From assembly GCA_020536535.1 (NCBI GenBank), contig JAHLWZ010000824.1, positions 1 to 64,000 on the forward strand: a DNA stretch of 64,000 bases, read 5' to 3'. This DNA comes from Pelomyxa schiedti. Lineage: Eukaryota; Protista; Evosea. The notes beneath the pieces were generated by a model. That model did no database searches, was not told the DNA's origin, and was given only the letters and a program-made list of their open reading frames with translations. Made by a program: the position numbers and the translations under genes. Positions 34,976-48,171 of this stretch are shown one piece after another. How positions within the stretch are numbered: the stretch's first letter is position 1; every line of letters starts with the position of its first letter.

Positions 34976-36454
34976 ATGTGTGGCCTTGCGTCGTCAACAA
35001 CAACAGTACCAGCAACCAACGCCAGCGGCCCAGTAGCAGTGACCACACCGGTGCGTGTGTGGGCGCACCAACAAATGGCAGCCTTAGCCGCCGGGACACA
35101 CCCGCGCTGCGGCGCCCGCAGCCCCGCGCGGTGCCTCGGCCCGCCCTGCCTCGCGGCCCTGTGCCGCTCGTGGCGCCGCGGCCCCGCTGTGGCCGTGGTG
35201 GCTCTGGGCGTGGACGCCAGGGCGCTGGCGGCGGTGGGGGGCTCGCTCTGGGCCGCCGAGGCAGACGGCGCGGGCGCGGGCGCCGTAGTCCCAACCGACC
35301 TGCTGTGCGTCGCCGTGTGCGTCCCTCTGCTCGCCGTCATTAGCGTGAAGAAGCTGGACCACAAGAAGGCCATTTGCAGTGGTGTGAAGAGTACTGATGG
35401 ATGTGCCGCAAGGACAGAGAGGGGCTGCCAGAGGTGGCAGCTGGTTGGTCCGCATGGAGAATGTGTGGTGAAGAGGCTCAATTCCCGTGGTGAATCAAGA
35501 GGCACCTTCTTCTTTATTCCTGCTCCTCATTGTAAGGAAGAATCCCCTTTCGCATTGCGTGAAGGGGGAGGAGGGGACGTTGGCGGGGATGAGGGTCCCA
35601 TGTTTTTATTTGAAGAGAGCCACGGCGTAGCCTGTGATGTGTGGTGCCACACAGGAAACACTAGGTGGTGGGCCTGGTGTGATGGTCGGGCTCTGTATTT
35701 GGTTGATATCGCGAGCATGCGGAATGGTGATGATTCTGAGGTAAATGAAATGAACCAACAAGCATTGGATGTTACTGGGGGAGAGCAGGAAGGTTGTTGG
35801 GCAGTAAGCTTGCCACTAGTTCCACATCCCTTGGGTGTTGACGACTCTGTTGAACATCTCTTTGTCAATGAGGTGAATTCCAATGAACTGGTCATGGTGT
35901 CTATTTCTTTGGACACACTGTTCCTTGTTTTTGATGTCAAGTGCACTCTCAAAACAGGGAGCCTGAAACTGGTGAGTGCAACGACCTGTACTGTTACCCG
36001 TGACACAGCGGGCGCCGTCTATGTGTCAGGATTCATGTGCAGGAAGCAGTCTGGCCAGAGGGTGTTCCTTGTTCAATTCCACAGCCCAACACTTGAAGTG
36101 GAACAGTGTGTTGTAATTCAGCTGAATGAGAAGTCAGGTGCAACGAAGGTAATATCCACTGGTGTTGTGAAGCTATGCCAGTTGACAGGGTCACTGTTTT
36201 GCACATGTTCATCACTACGGCACAACTTTCACTATCAAATTTGGGACTGCAACCACACAGCCAAGCCTCTGCAGGAAATAGGCCCACTGGAAGGCTGCCT
36301 GAGTGTTTCCGGCACTTGTGGCCTCTTGTTTTTGTGCTACAGTTACCAAATCAAGGTAATTGATGCACTATCTGGTGTTTCACTTCTCACTGTCGATGTT
36401 CCTTCAACTCCGTCAACCTTCCCCGTCGCCCTCAGACAAGTCCTGGGTTCGTAG
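34976..36454 (+). CDS. Single-exon uncharacterised protein, 'HPRCG-motif' family member 3
   Basis: 492-aa ORF with HQQMAALAAGTHPRCGARSPARCL, NTRW, FDVKCTLKTGSL, YQIWDCNHTAKPL, GLLF and IKVIDALSGVSLLTV. Confidence 0.82.
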   Translation: MCGLASSTTTVPATNASGPVAVTTPVRVWAHQQMAALAAGTHPRCGARSPARCLGPPCLAALCRSWRRGPAVAVVALGVDARALAAVGGSLWAAEADGAGAGAVVPTDLLCVAVCVPLLAVISVKKLDHKKAICSGVKSTDGCAARTERGCQRWQLVGPHGECVVKRLNSRGESRGTFFFIPAPHCKEESPFALREGGGGDVGGDEGPMFLFEESHGVACDVWCHTGNTRWWAWCDGRALYLVDIASMRNGDDSEVNEMNQQALDVTGGEQEGCWAVSLPLVPHPLGVDDSVEHLFVNEVNSNELVMVSISLDTLFLVFDVKCTLKTGSLKLVSATTCTVTRDTAGAVYVSGFMCRKQSGQRVFLVQFHSPTLEVEQCVVIQLNEKSGATKVISTGVVKLCQLTGSLFCTCSSLRHNFHYQIWDCNHTAKPLQEIGPLEGCLSVSGTCGLLFLCYSYQIKVIDALSGVSLLTVDVPSTPSTFPVALRQVLGS

Positions 36455-36512
36455 TTTTTCAGATAAAGAAAAACCCATAAACTGTAAAAGATGTGTCACT
36501 GCCCTTTTACTA

Positions 36513-39500
36513 TCAGTCAGTTTTAGGTGGGTCACATGGTTCTGATTGTTCTTTGGTGTCGGTGACGGGATGTTGTTCTACAGGGTTTGTTTGTGGGTTT
36601 AGTTCGATTCCCTCTGTGTCAGGTGCATTATCTTCACTTGGAGGCGGTGGAGTGGTGTTGGGTTGTGGTTCTTCTGGGTTGTGCTCTTTGAAAGGTGAAG
36701 GAATTGGTGGTAGTGTCAGTGTAGTGGTAATTTGTAGGGAACATGTGGGGGCGGAAATTGTGGGCTCTGGGGAAGAAGTTGGGGAGGTGGTAGTGGCACT
36801 CAGCGGGGATGGTGATGGTGCTGTGGGAGTTGCGGCCGGTGTAGTGGACTGGGAAGAGGGAGGCGTATTTACATTTCCTTTGGGAGCAGTTGCCGTGACG
36901 GGAATTGGGGTGGAGAGCTTCTTGGGGATGGAGCACAGTGTTACCACTCGGCGAAACGGGTTCTCGCTTCCCGCAACGTTTAGAACGGAAACCATGGTAA
37001 CGGCACTTCCTTTGTGCAGAACTTTGCCAATCTAATGGTGATAAAATGAGTGGAGTGAAACATGAGTGGATGATACCTTGCGCCTGCTGAGTGCAAAGAC
37101 AACTGGTACTTTGTGGGACCTAGCATCTGCAATGATCTTGGACACAAATTGATGAAGTGCAGTCGCTTGTTCCATATTTGGCGCCACAATTACACATTTT
37201 GAAAGCCCTCGTTCTACAGAGCGTCCAACCTTGGGTTATTTGTTCATTCTGGGGGCAAAAAAAAAGGGATTACTTCATGCATTCCGACTACATAACGTTT
37301 CTTCATTTGAACCTGTGCCGATTAGTGGATTTCAATAAAGTGAGTTGGGAAGAAGCCTTCATTTTTGACTGAGTGGTAACAAGTCTTTCTTGGCTATGCA
37401 CCAAAGTCGTCAGGAACTTTGACACAGCATTGTCTAGTGCGGGGGTCAAATCATGAAGGCATTGAGAGCTGGACTCACAGTGAGAAAAGGTAGTATATGA
37501 AGACCACTGACTTGACAAGGTCCGTAGTTACTGGAGCTCTAGGAGCTTTTAAAAGCTGGCGCATATACTCAGGAGTCCAAATCTGTGATGGTGGTCTGCA
37601 GGATTTGAGGAGTTAAAGTGGGAGGAAGTCATTACGGTTTGGCCGGCACAACATGCCGCTGCATGTGTTTCATCAAAAACTTCTTCTTTCCAAAGGGCCT
37701 ATCACGAGTACAACCATCCCATTTGCATGCAAAAGGGGACTTTATCCTGAAAGGTTTAGACACAGTAGTTTTGAGAAGAGGTACTTGTCGAGATAAACAT
37801 GAGTTTTCTTGATGTGCCGTAGCATAAAGATTTTCCTCGGAAAAACTAAATTACACCCTTGCCATAAGCAAACACGGGCAATACTCTGTTGTGCTGCTAA
37901 AAAAACAATGAGGAAAAAAAAGAAATAATCTCGGTCTGCAACCTTTGACTGCAGTGGTCACTATTGAGTGTGCTGCAGATATTTGATCAGTCTCTTTGAG
38001 AGTTTGCTTGTATCTTGGAAAGTGTGGGAATTTGTGAGTACAAGGAAAATAGGTACTTGTTAAGCCTTTCCACAAGAACGCGTTTTTTTAATCCAGATAT
38101 TTCTTTTGGATTTGTTTTAGGAGGCGGCTTCCTTTTGTGTACCTTCTCTTTAAGGAGTTAGCTTGAAAACAAGGGGAAATCACACTTGTAATTTTTTTGG
38201 GTTTTATTTTCTTCGCCGCGGCTTTCTCAATAACTTCTTTTCTCATTTTTGATAAATTATTCTCGAGAATTGCAGCTATAGTTGTTTGCTAAAATAAAGT
38301 GAGGTACAATCCACAAGAATGAATGCTTACGGTTGGTTTTGGCTTGCGCGAAACAGGTTGCAAAGGCGGCCCTGTTGTCTTTATCTTTTTCTGTCTCCGC
38401 TTTTTTTTATCCAGAACCGGTTTGGCTGTAATCTTTGTAAGTTGGAGTGCTTTAGAGCCAATCATAGCTGTGGAAATTTGTTGAGGTGAAGCCTAGATCT
38501 GATTAATGTTGTGCCTGGTTTTTGGAAAACTAGGTTACCATACTGGAGTTGGGTGAAGTTTTCAAACCGTTAGGCTTTTCATTGCGTAAAACGGCAGCTG
38601 TAGTGCCCCAAGCGGACAGTTGCGTTGGAGAGCTCGATGCTGAAAACTGTGAAGTTGGGTGACCCAATTGCTGTGTCACTGGTGCCGTTTGCAAGTTACT
38701 TGGTGCAAGTGGAATTGGTGACGTCTGAGTGTTTGGCTGACCTGAGAACGGGTGTGATGACGCCCAGACAGTGCCACTGAACTGAGGATCCCGTTGTCTC
38801 ATAGAGCTGGTTGTGTAAACGCCACCAATTCTTGAAGGGTTCTGAGAGTATGGGTTCAAGCGAGGTTGTGCCATCTGCGAATCAGGAAACCCTCTACCCC
38901 TGCCAAGAGTATCCACGCGAGAATGGTGTGTAGTATTACTGCGCTCTGCATTCCTTGTGCTATAGTTGGTTCCCTCCTGTTGCTGTACATTATAGGTTGG
39001 TGCAGTTGCAAAATTGTTTTGGGAGCTGGGTTCCCCTTGGTATCTCCTAAATCCGTCGCCACGCCCACCCCGGAAATTCCCACCCCCACCTCTCCCATAA
39101 TTACTAGCCCAATCCACGTTCAACCGCCTGGGCGCTCCCCTCTGCGGCGACTGTGATTGTGTCGGTGGGTGAGTACCACAAGAAGCCGAGTGCGTGGGCG
39201 TGGGCGATACGTACGACGACGACGGGGGCGGAGGCGGGGGCGAGGTGGGTGTGGACGTGGACGTGGACGCGGAGGCGGAGGCGGCCGACGACGACGATGA
39301 CGACGACGGCAGCGGGGAGCGCGGGGGGTCGGTGCTCCTCCTGGCTCCCAGGATGGTCACGCTCACGGGCTTGCTTAGCACACTGCCCAGCTTGGGTGCT
39401 GCTGCCTGCACCTGCGGTTGATGCTGCTGCTGCTGCTTGGGCTTGGCATTGCTCGGCCGACCGCGGCCGCCACCTTTCTTTGCTTGCGGAGGAGGGGCGC

Positions 39501-39786
39501 CGGGGCTGCTGGGGGAAGTGGACGGTGATGTCTGCGGGGGCGGGGCACTGGGCTGCAGGGAGGCCTTACTAGAGGGAGGGGCCTGGTGCCGCTGCGGCTG
39601 TGGTTGTGGCGCCGACGCGGGGTGCTGCGGGGGAGTCTGTTGTTGCGGCTGTCTCCTTGTGATTATCAACTTTAGAGGTGGTTGCGTTGTGTTGTTACTC
39701 GTTGACGCCATCTCGGCGCCCGAATGTTTTTTTTTTTCTGAAAAGGTGAACAATAAAAAGCCTGGAAGAGGGATCATGTGCAGCAC
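36513..39786 (-). CDS. Large multi-exon protein with a Gln/Pro-rich N-terminus and a C2H2 zinc finger
   Basis: FACKWDGCTRDRPFGKKKFLMKHMQRH (~37650-37740), a Cys-rich exon near 37120-37200, and low-complexity termini. The start may be the Met of MASTSNN (~39710). Confidence 0.55.
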
Positions 39787-40017
39787 ACAGTGACGCGGGT
39801 TTGGTGGATATCCAGGTTGATGTCTGCCCCTACCTCTCGGAGATCAGGCTCATTACGCCCCTTTCCCACGAAGGTGGGGCTCTGTACCGGTTCCGTTTTG
39901 CAATGTGACTGTTGTTGTGATCTCCACGGTTGCTTCATGTCCCTCACTAATATGGACCATTGACGTTCTGAAAGCCCCTCAGGGCGATTTTACCCCTTTT
40001 TCCCTCTTATCCCATTT

Positions 40018-40105
40018 GGCTGAATAAAATAATCAACAGACCGGAACGCTGTCGTCTTCGTGTCATCGCCCAGTCTCGGCGGTCTGGTGTTTTTTTTATT
40101 CAGCC
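40018..40105. repeat. 88-bp inverted-repeat element, family A
   Basis: GGCTGAATAAAATAATCAACAGACC ... GGTCTGGTGTTTTTTTTATTCAGCC, flanked by ATTT on both sides. Confidence 0.85.
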
Positions 40106-40423
40106 ATTTAGAGACATTAAACCGCAACATAATGATCCATGTCAGAGAACAAGTTCCAAGAATCATCGGGAAACTTAGTTCTGGACAGAGCCGGCCATTC
40201 ACAGGAACGGCCGGAGTGTTCATTCTAATGGCCTTTCCTTGAATCCCCCGCCGTACGTAGTATATTAATGACCACTGGCAATTCTGCCATCAGAAGGACC
40301 CAACTTGGCGCATGTGCGGGTGGTTAGTCGTGCGTTAACACAAATGTTGTTGTGGGGCACAGAATCCACGAAATTGAAAACACATTTTTTGTGTTGCTAT
40401 TTTGCAATATCAAAACTCTTAAA

Positions 40424-41439
40424 TTAGAGGCGCTTTGGTGGGAGTGGTGCACATGTTCCCGCAGCGTAGAGGGAGTCAGTGTAGTCATTGGTTTGAATCT
40501 GGAGTTCCTTAGGGCCTACCTTGAGGAGGGTGTTGTTGATCCAGAAATCAGCAACAAGGGCTTGGCAGTTCAGTTGCATTTTGAGCTGTTCCTCACATTG
40601 GGTCCAATCAGCAGGGTGGTATGGGTCGGAGGCAACGAGTATATTCTGGTAACTGGTTGTGGGTCAGTTTTGGTCAGCAAGAGTAATAACAAGTAAGTAC
40701 TTACTCCGTGTTGTTGATCACGGTGACTAAGAACGAGGCGGAGTACTTGTCATACAGATTGCATGCCATCTTCACTTCCGAAGCTGTTACGGTAGCAGTG
40801 CCGGGGTGGGACTGTGCGTACCACTCTGTAGACTGGTAGGAGGAATATAATTAGAACAAGTATTACAAGCATCAGGCGAAAGGCTCACCTTGGAGAAAAA
40901 GTCGGCAATTTGGGTAACGTATGGTGAATAGTATCTGTACTCAAGCTGAGGAGTATTTATATACTGATAAGTATCCGTAGATACGAAGATATTATTAAAG
41001 TTGGAATCCCTGAGCCAGCTGAAACACCGAGTCAGCTTCCATTAAATTCATATCAACAAACACACCCGCCAGGATGGAATCCTACTACATCATTAGCCAG
41101 ATGAGCTCCGTATCCCATGGACCAAGTAATTGGGTCGAAATCGGGATCGGTGCTATTGTACACTTCGGTAGCGAACTTGAGCTGGTACCCGGCGTATTCT
41201 ATAGGGAAAAAACCGGTAAAAAACTGCATTCAAAAGTAAGGGAAAACTGAACCAAGGTTGTGCCAGGCAAAAGAGAAGGAAGTGAAAGCATCAGGAGAAT
41301 AAGTTCCCAACTGGAAAGAATACTCGTTCAGGAACTCGTACTCTCCCTCAGAAAAAGTGAGGGACTGGTGAGTGACTGGGCCCCAGGCATCAACAGATGC
41401 AACAGCAACCAGCAAGAGCAATGGCAATGTGGCCCACAT
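40424..41439 (-). CDS. Secreted zinc-dependent phospholipase C / S1-P1 nuclease superfamily protein
   Basis: Signal peptide followed by mature N-terminus WGPVTH, then GTYSPDAF, WH and GYGAHLANDVVGFH (Zn ligands). Confidence 0.75.
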
Positions 41440-41468
41440 GGAAAGTGTTGTTTTAATTTTGTGCCTAA

Positions 41469-42918
41469 ATGGCTTTGGTTTTTTGCAAAAAGGTCCGGGA
41501 ACTTTTGGGGACGACGCATACTTGGGTCTTTGTAGCTAAGAATCGGAACGAAAAATCTAAGACACAAATTGTGATCAAGCGTTACCGTAAGGTTATTCAT
41601 CAGATTATACCACCGGCCCAAAATATCCAAGTGGAAGTGCTCTGTCTCCTACAACAGCTGTCAAGTATAGAGGCAAAGCACTGTTTGGTGTTGAGAACCA
41701 CATTGCACTTGGCCCGACCTGAATCCTGAGCCCTGACTCTTTGGGTTGTCTCAGCTTTCACAGAAACGAGTTTGTGATGTTGCCACCACCCGAGGACGAC
41801 AATGAGGGGGGAGGAACGCTGTTTCCCAACGTGTTGCGACGCCGTCGTGCGAAGCAGTCCGCAAAGTCCCTCGCCGCCATGTCTTCGACTCCTTCATTGA
41901 CGCCAGAGATTCAAACGGAACCTGTACGACTGAGTCCGACTTCTCGCTTCTTTCTTGCTTGATGTTGTTTATTGGCACTGCATTCCAGCAAACTTTTCGT
42001 TGTGTCACTGGTTGCCTGCGCAATACCAATTTTTCAAACTGCAAATTACAGGGTGGAAAGCCAAAGTCTGGATGGAATGATGCCACTACTACAAAGTTGG
42101 CTTATTGTAGAGCTTAAAAAAACAAAAAACAAAAAAAAAAAACCCAGAAATAATGAGGCAGTGTGAATTTATGTGATATTTTTGAGAATGTGCCTTACCA
42201 AATGTGCATGTGACTAACTGACAATACAGTGCTGTGGAGTTGGCAAATATTCCCGACTTCCACTTTGAGGTTACTGAAGACACAAATGGTTTATAATCCC
42301 TATTCCTTCATGTTTAATTCCCTTTGCGTGTTCTTTCCAGTAAAAATGGGCCAGCAGGAAGATGATACCCTGCCACAAATTGCAATTGCCCCAAAGTTGG
42401 CAGCGCCAGTTGTTCCCACCATAAAAGACTTAGAGAAAGACCTAAGACATGCAATACCACATAATGTACTGCTTTATGATGCATTCCTAGCAACACTAAA
42501 CCGTTTCTAGGATACTGGTATTGATCTCTCCCTTCTTATATCTGTCCTGTCTCCTCCTGCATCTGTGATAGAACCGGACCACCTTCAGGACTTTGATTCA
42601 CTCCTCAATAAAGTAGCATTAGAGATACAACAGGAACAAGAAAACAACCCCACACCTGCCTCTTCCTCAATCCCAACCATCCATAACAGTCCTCCCAAAA
42701 TCACACACGCACCTCCCCCCTCATCCACCTCCTCCTCATCAGCTTCTGCATCTGCATCAGCCTCAGCCTCAGCATCCGCATCCGCCAGTTCCACTCCACT
42801 ACGCACTTCAACAACCACAGCAGCACCAAATAGCAGCACTCGACCCAGAGTGCGGCCTGATGGTTCTGTGCCTTCCTCAAAATCAAAACGGCCACCACAC
42901 ACAAACCAAGGCTTCTGA
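41469..42918 (+). CDS. Hypothetical multi-exon protein with an (SA)n-rich C-terminus
   Basis: Chain of short ORFs separated by intron-like segments. No domain confidently recognised; start uncertain. Confidence 0.4.
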
Positions 42919-43004
42919 TGTACAATATGGAATTTGAAAAAAGACCAGAGAAGTTTTTGTTTAAAAACGGAGAATATTTGGGCAGACTCGGTTCTGGAAA
43001 GAAA

Positions 43005-45679
43005 TTAGACTAGAAGAAAGACGGCAGCCAATAGGATAAGAGAACCAGCTCCTGATGCAAGATAAGGTTCCATAAAGAAGGAGCGCGACTACTAACCTTT
43101 CTGGGATGCAGCACTGATACTGGTACTTGTCTGAGTGGAATCTTCCTCTGAGCTGGTAGCAGCAGACCCTGATTCTGTGTCCGAGTCTGATTTTAATGAT
43201 TCCGATTCAGAGCCGGAGTCAGATTCTGATGCTGACAGTTCCTCTGACCCAGAATCTGAATCCGAACCTGAATCCGAGCCCGACTCAGATTGAGACTGGG
43301 AGTGTAAGTGGGAGTTCGAGTGAGAGTGAGAGAGAGACTGTGACTGTGACCCAGGATGTGACTCTGATTGTGATTCTGATTCAGAGTTTGACGTTGAGGC
43401 AGACCGGCCTGTGGAGTGAGAAGTTGATTGAGAATTCGATTTCGAACTGGAATGGGAGGTTGTGGCCGATGTTGACAGATGGGAGGAAGAAAAAGATGTA
43501 GTGGTAGAAGTAGAAGTGAGTACAGAGGTGGAAACGGAATCACTGTTTAAATCTGAGCCCTGAGAGGATGATGTTTGTGTGGAACCGGAGCCTGAAAAAG
43601 TGTGTGACGATTGCACTGATGTGGAGTGGGATTGCAAATCAGAGACCGAATCAGATGTTGATGTGGAGTCTGATACAGAAAGACCAGAGTTCGAGATGGA
43701 ATCTGATGTGGAGGTTGAAGTGGACTTAGATGTTGAAGTTGAATCAGATGTGGATGTAAGGGAATTAGAAGTGGAAGCAATTCCTTCCTAATTGTCAGTG
43801 ACTACAAATTATACTGTCCGCAAGAGTAGAGCATACTGCAACAGGGTCAGAACAGTCAGCAAGACTAGGCCTTGTTGGAGATATAATCAACTTAATATCT
43901 GCAGATGTCATTAGGAGAAGTTTTTTCCAAAAAGAATACAGACCATCCAACCAATACAGTACGTCGTTGGGGCCGTTCTGTCATTATAATAAATAGTTTA
44001 GTAGATGAAAGAATTTTCCCATACCTGAAAATAGACTGCATTTATTAGATCCGGGCATGCAATTTCTGTCAGGTTTACAGTGAAGAGTTGCCATGTACTT
44101 GTTACTCCTGTCAATGTGGCTGTTGTACTGGAGAGAGTGTTCAGGGTGTCCTTCAGTGTGACCAGCAGCTTTACAAAGGTGCCGGTCATCCGAGCCCAAA
44201 ATTGAAGTGAATCGAACTGGCTCCTGCATTTATTGGGCTATTGAGTTTTGATTTTTATACCCCTGTGGTGTATAGTACCTCGTGGCTGGAATGTTCGATC
44301 CAATGTTAACGCCACCCCAACCAGTAAAATTCAGAAACAATGAAGAAGTTCCCGCATACTTGACGGCATTATCAATTGACCCTACAGTTCCCCACTTTTC
44401 CCAAGGACCTACGGCTGATTTACATTGACGCAAAAAGGGATTTTTCAAGGTACCTTCAAAGTCGTCATCAAATAGAATCCCGAAGTCGTTGGGAGGTTCA
44501 CAACATTCCGGGGAGCTCCCTCCGTATCCATAAGGCACCTGGTCAAATTGGCTTGGGCCGTCAACAACAGCTCCGCCAACGATGGAATTTACTATAACAG
44601 TGATTTTCTGCCCAGTGAGTGAAGTGACACGAACGTGAAGAGGAAGGGTTTTATCAAAGCCATCTCCTGAATGAAAAGTTAAAGATAGATCACTGGGGTT
44701 TTCAGAAACCGTTTGGAGAAACTTCAAACTCATTCCACGTCTTGATGAATTAGTGACCAGTAGACAGATTGAAAATTACCTGGCGTGGAATTGTTTCCCA
44801 AGGGTCCGTTCCATTGTGTTGAGAGACCTCCAGAGACAGTATCCCAACGCGGTGGTTTACAACTGTAAAAGCAGTATAGTACTGTGAAGAACCCTACATT
44901 TCTTTGCTGTTGGGAATAAAATGAAACATGGAAAAACTCACAGATTTTGTCAATAGTTTAAATGGGCCTTCTACGTCACAGGAAATCATCCTGTAAGTCA
45001 CGTTTTCGCTTCCCATTCCTGTTCGGGAATCCTAAGCATCCATGTTAGTCGTTGTGGTAAGTATATTTTATTACCATTAGTGCATCAAAGGCCTGAGGAC
45101 TCAAATCAAAATGGGCATATGGCTCTGTACAATCTGGGCAGCTATCAGCTATCTTTTGCAGAGATAAGTCACATCAGTAAAATCTAGTGACGAGAAGGCA
45201 ACCATAATTCGGATAGCACCAAATGGACTAACCAATTCATAACAAATGCCACAAGAAATAACATCCTATGCAAACGAGTGTTACAAAGTACACTAAGGAA
45301 AATGACATACAGCTCCATACGCAGGCATGAAGTATGTCACATTACTTGGTGCTGCAGTGTAATTATAACCAGGACCAGATGGTCCCTGAGTAGGTCCAAA
45401 CTAACAGAATGTTAGTGATTTTCGTCAAATTACAAACACAAGGGTAAAAAGCAGCACCTGGCATTTTCCAGAGGTCTTTGTTAAATCCACACTTATAATT
45501 TGAGGGAGGAAAGTGGTGTCATCCCATGTGACATTCCCATAAAGTTTTTAAAAAAGCATGAGTACGTACTCGTAGTGCGTGATCATGCCCTCCTGGCACG
45601 ACTCCATTGGTCGTGATGGGTCTCGTGTCCCTTCGACAACCGCCCACACTACAACAAACAAAAGGAAACAACCGCGCAT
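43005..45679 (-). CDS. Expansin-like protein with an extra carbohydrate-binding-like domain, Ser-rich stalk and GPI-type C-terminus
   Basis: Signal MRGCFLLFVVVWAVVEG. DPBB motifs ITHY, CGICYEL, DSCPDC..HFDLSPQAFDAL and YRMISCDVEG. CBM63-like VVNHRVGILSLEV..WETIPR and LPLHVRVTSLTGQ. Ser stalk, then hydrophobic tail GSLILLAAVFLLV*. Confidence 0.85.
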
Positions 45680-45804
45680 CGACGACGTTTCGGTTTTCTT
45701 TGTAAATCTGCAAAACTCTGATGAATTCGGCCTTCGAAGAAGCTTCAAGTTTCAGATAAAAAAGATACACAGACAGCACCATCGTGGTCGTCGGTTTTTT
45801 TGGC

Positions 45805-46430
45805 GATGGCGGCAACGCACGCACCTGGAGCACCTCCGTCGTACGACGATTCAATGGCCCCAACACTGTTGTCTAATTTCAGTTGCACGGCTGATGAGTT
45901 TTGCAAAGTCCGAAGGAAGATCCTCCACAAGCTCAAGGACCCTGAATGGTTTATTTTGTGCCGGTTGGACCCACAATTTTTTTACATGGACGCAGCGTCA
46001 TTACGCCGCACTTGGTAGCTATCGGCGGCAGGCACGAGCACAGAAAGCTGTTCTCACCAAAAGAGTTATATTTCTGTGGTGTGATCTTTGAGAGGGACGG
46101 CAGCCACTACGAATTATTCTCCCCTCTCATTGCCTTGGAAAGATCCTTTCAATGGTTATGTACCATCCTACGTGCTGATAGAGAGTAGTATCTTCTGAAT
46201 GTTGCTTCTCCCAACAACCTTCTAGGAGAGGCATTTGGCACTGGGATAAGTTCAATTCGAAAATAATTAACGGACCAACACGAGAACTACAGTGGAAGTG
46301 GGATGTATGCCAGCCCAACAATTTTGAAGAGGTAAAAGTGGCTGTAAAATACCCCTCTAAGTGTTATGTTGAGTTCTTGGAATTTGCAGAAGACCCCTAT
46401 GGCAAAGAGCGATTCCGTATGTTAACTTAA
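45805..46430 (+). CDS. Hypothetical small protein, with an apparent frameshift in a T-run near 45980
   Basis: Two overlapping frames (45800 and 45946 ORFs) join at a homopolymer. One intron; ends KERFRMLT*. Confidence 0.4.
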
Positions 46431-46463
46431 AGCAGCCTGACTATAAGATAAATGTTGTTTTAT

Positions 46464-48171
46464 TCAACTCCTTCTTGGTCTGGAAAATATAGGCCTTTGG
46501 CCAGGGGTTTCAGGGGGTGGGACTACTTCAGGCTCTGGTCTCTCAGGTATCTTTCCACCCCGGGCCTGGAAGCTTGCTGCCATTTCTCTGAGTGCCTGCA
46601 CATGAGCTAGTTCCTTCCTAGTTGGAGTGTAAGGAGGTATAGTCAATCTGGCGGGCTTACTTTCGTGCGTTTTCAGACTTTTCCATCTTCTCCTTATCGA
46701 ATCTGGCTTGGTGCATTTGTTGGGATCTCTTCATGGCAGCAAATTGTGCCTCTGCGGAACTTCGTGGATCCAAGCTGTCGTCGTACACAGCCTGAAAGTG
46801 GTTAAAGGAAGTCAGTAGCGGAAAATAACTTACCATGTCGGGACTGTCATCACGAGCCCTCCTCTCTTCCCTTCGAGCAATTTTCTTAGCTACGATTGCT
46901 TGGTGTCCTGTTTCTTTTGGTGCTAATTCATCCAGGACGACAGCATCAGTTGAGCGTTTTTGCTTGGTTGCTCTCTGTCTTTCATATCTTAGTGCCTCTT
47001 GACGACTCTCCCACTCAGCTTGATCAACTGGAGAATGGTGATAAACTAAAAAAAACCAGGAAAGGGAAGAAGAGAACCTATTTCCGGGGGTACAGGGGGT
47101 CTCTCCGGCAGTTGAGGTCTTGCTTCTGGTTGAGGCACTGGCCTGGCAGGTCTGGCTGAGGTTTCTACATCATCAGTGGCCTTGGCAACAGACGTTTTTA
47201 CTGTGTTCATGTTAAGAGCAAGCAAAAGTGGCAAGGAAAGTACTTTCACCGAGTGTATCGTTATCAAGATCTTTAAATTTCCATTGGTAACTGGTTCGGC
47301 GGGAGTTGGTATTTCGGAACAGAACGTCATTGTAGAAATCCTCTGAATAAGGGGGGAAAAAATATATGTTTGGAGTTTTGGGAATGAAGAGGGGGAGAGG
47401 CTTGCTTGGTTAGTTTCAGCTTCTAATTAAAGATGGCGAAAGAAACGAAAAAAGAGTTCAGAATGGGACTGTAGGTACCAGGCAGTGAGCCACTGTTCCA
47501 TTGCTCAACAAAAGTGGAAAATAACTTCTTCGACTCGTCACCAGTTAGTTGGTCAATGTATATGTTGCGTTTGAGCAGTAGCCATTCTCTAAATTCAGCT
47601 TGATGATGAGAATCATAAAAATCTTCATCTGACAAAAGAGAGATTTGGGCATTTCGTTCTATGTAAAGATAAGTCCGAGAAGAAATAAAATACATAAGGT
47701 GAACTTACTTGACAGATATGCAAGGGCTTTTTGCGCAAGAGGGTCAGAGGTGTTTATAGGAGGTGCAGCACTGGCACTAGCACCAGCCCTTACAGCCCCT
47801 GTTGTAGTACTTTGAATCCGTGGTTTCTTGTGATCACCTTTTCAGTAGACCATACATAAATAAAGTATGTGAATAAGAGAGATGAAAGAACCAGGAGACT
47901 TCGAACGAGAAGACGACGACGAAGGGGAAGAACGAGATCCAGATTTGTGCTTGTGGTGCTTGTGGCCATGCTTGTGGTGATGGCGGCCGCGCTTTTCCTC
48001 GCTGTGGTGATGCTTTTTTTCGTGATGGTGGCCGTGGTTTTTTCTCTTCTGGGGGAGTTCACTGGGCACAGAAGGCCTCCCGCCGGTACTACTCCTAGTA
48101 CTAGTAGTCTCAACCGCAGCTGACTTAGTATCGGAAGGCTTCGGATCTTCCCTGCCGCTACGATCACCCAT
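46464..48171 (-). CDS. SCI1 (style cell-cycle inhibitor)-like nuclear protein
   Basis: His/Lys/Ser-rich N-terminus, then DFY..HQAEFREWL..YIDQLTGDESKKLFSTFVEQWNSGSLP, FY..RTSYQWKFK and LDELAPKETG. Confidence 0.65.

Noticed and set aside
39790-40350. Possible RNase MRP/P or snoRNA (GAAAGCCCC, CTGA) in a long intergenic gap
   Set aside because: No matching partner conserved region or convincing C/D box pair was found.
41950-42290. Possible CID/RPR domain (W..FP...L..L)
   Set aside because: Similarity too weak to support without a profile search.
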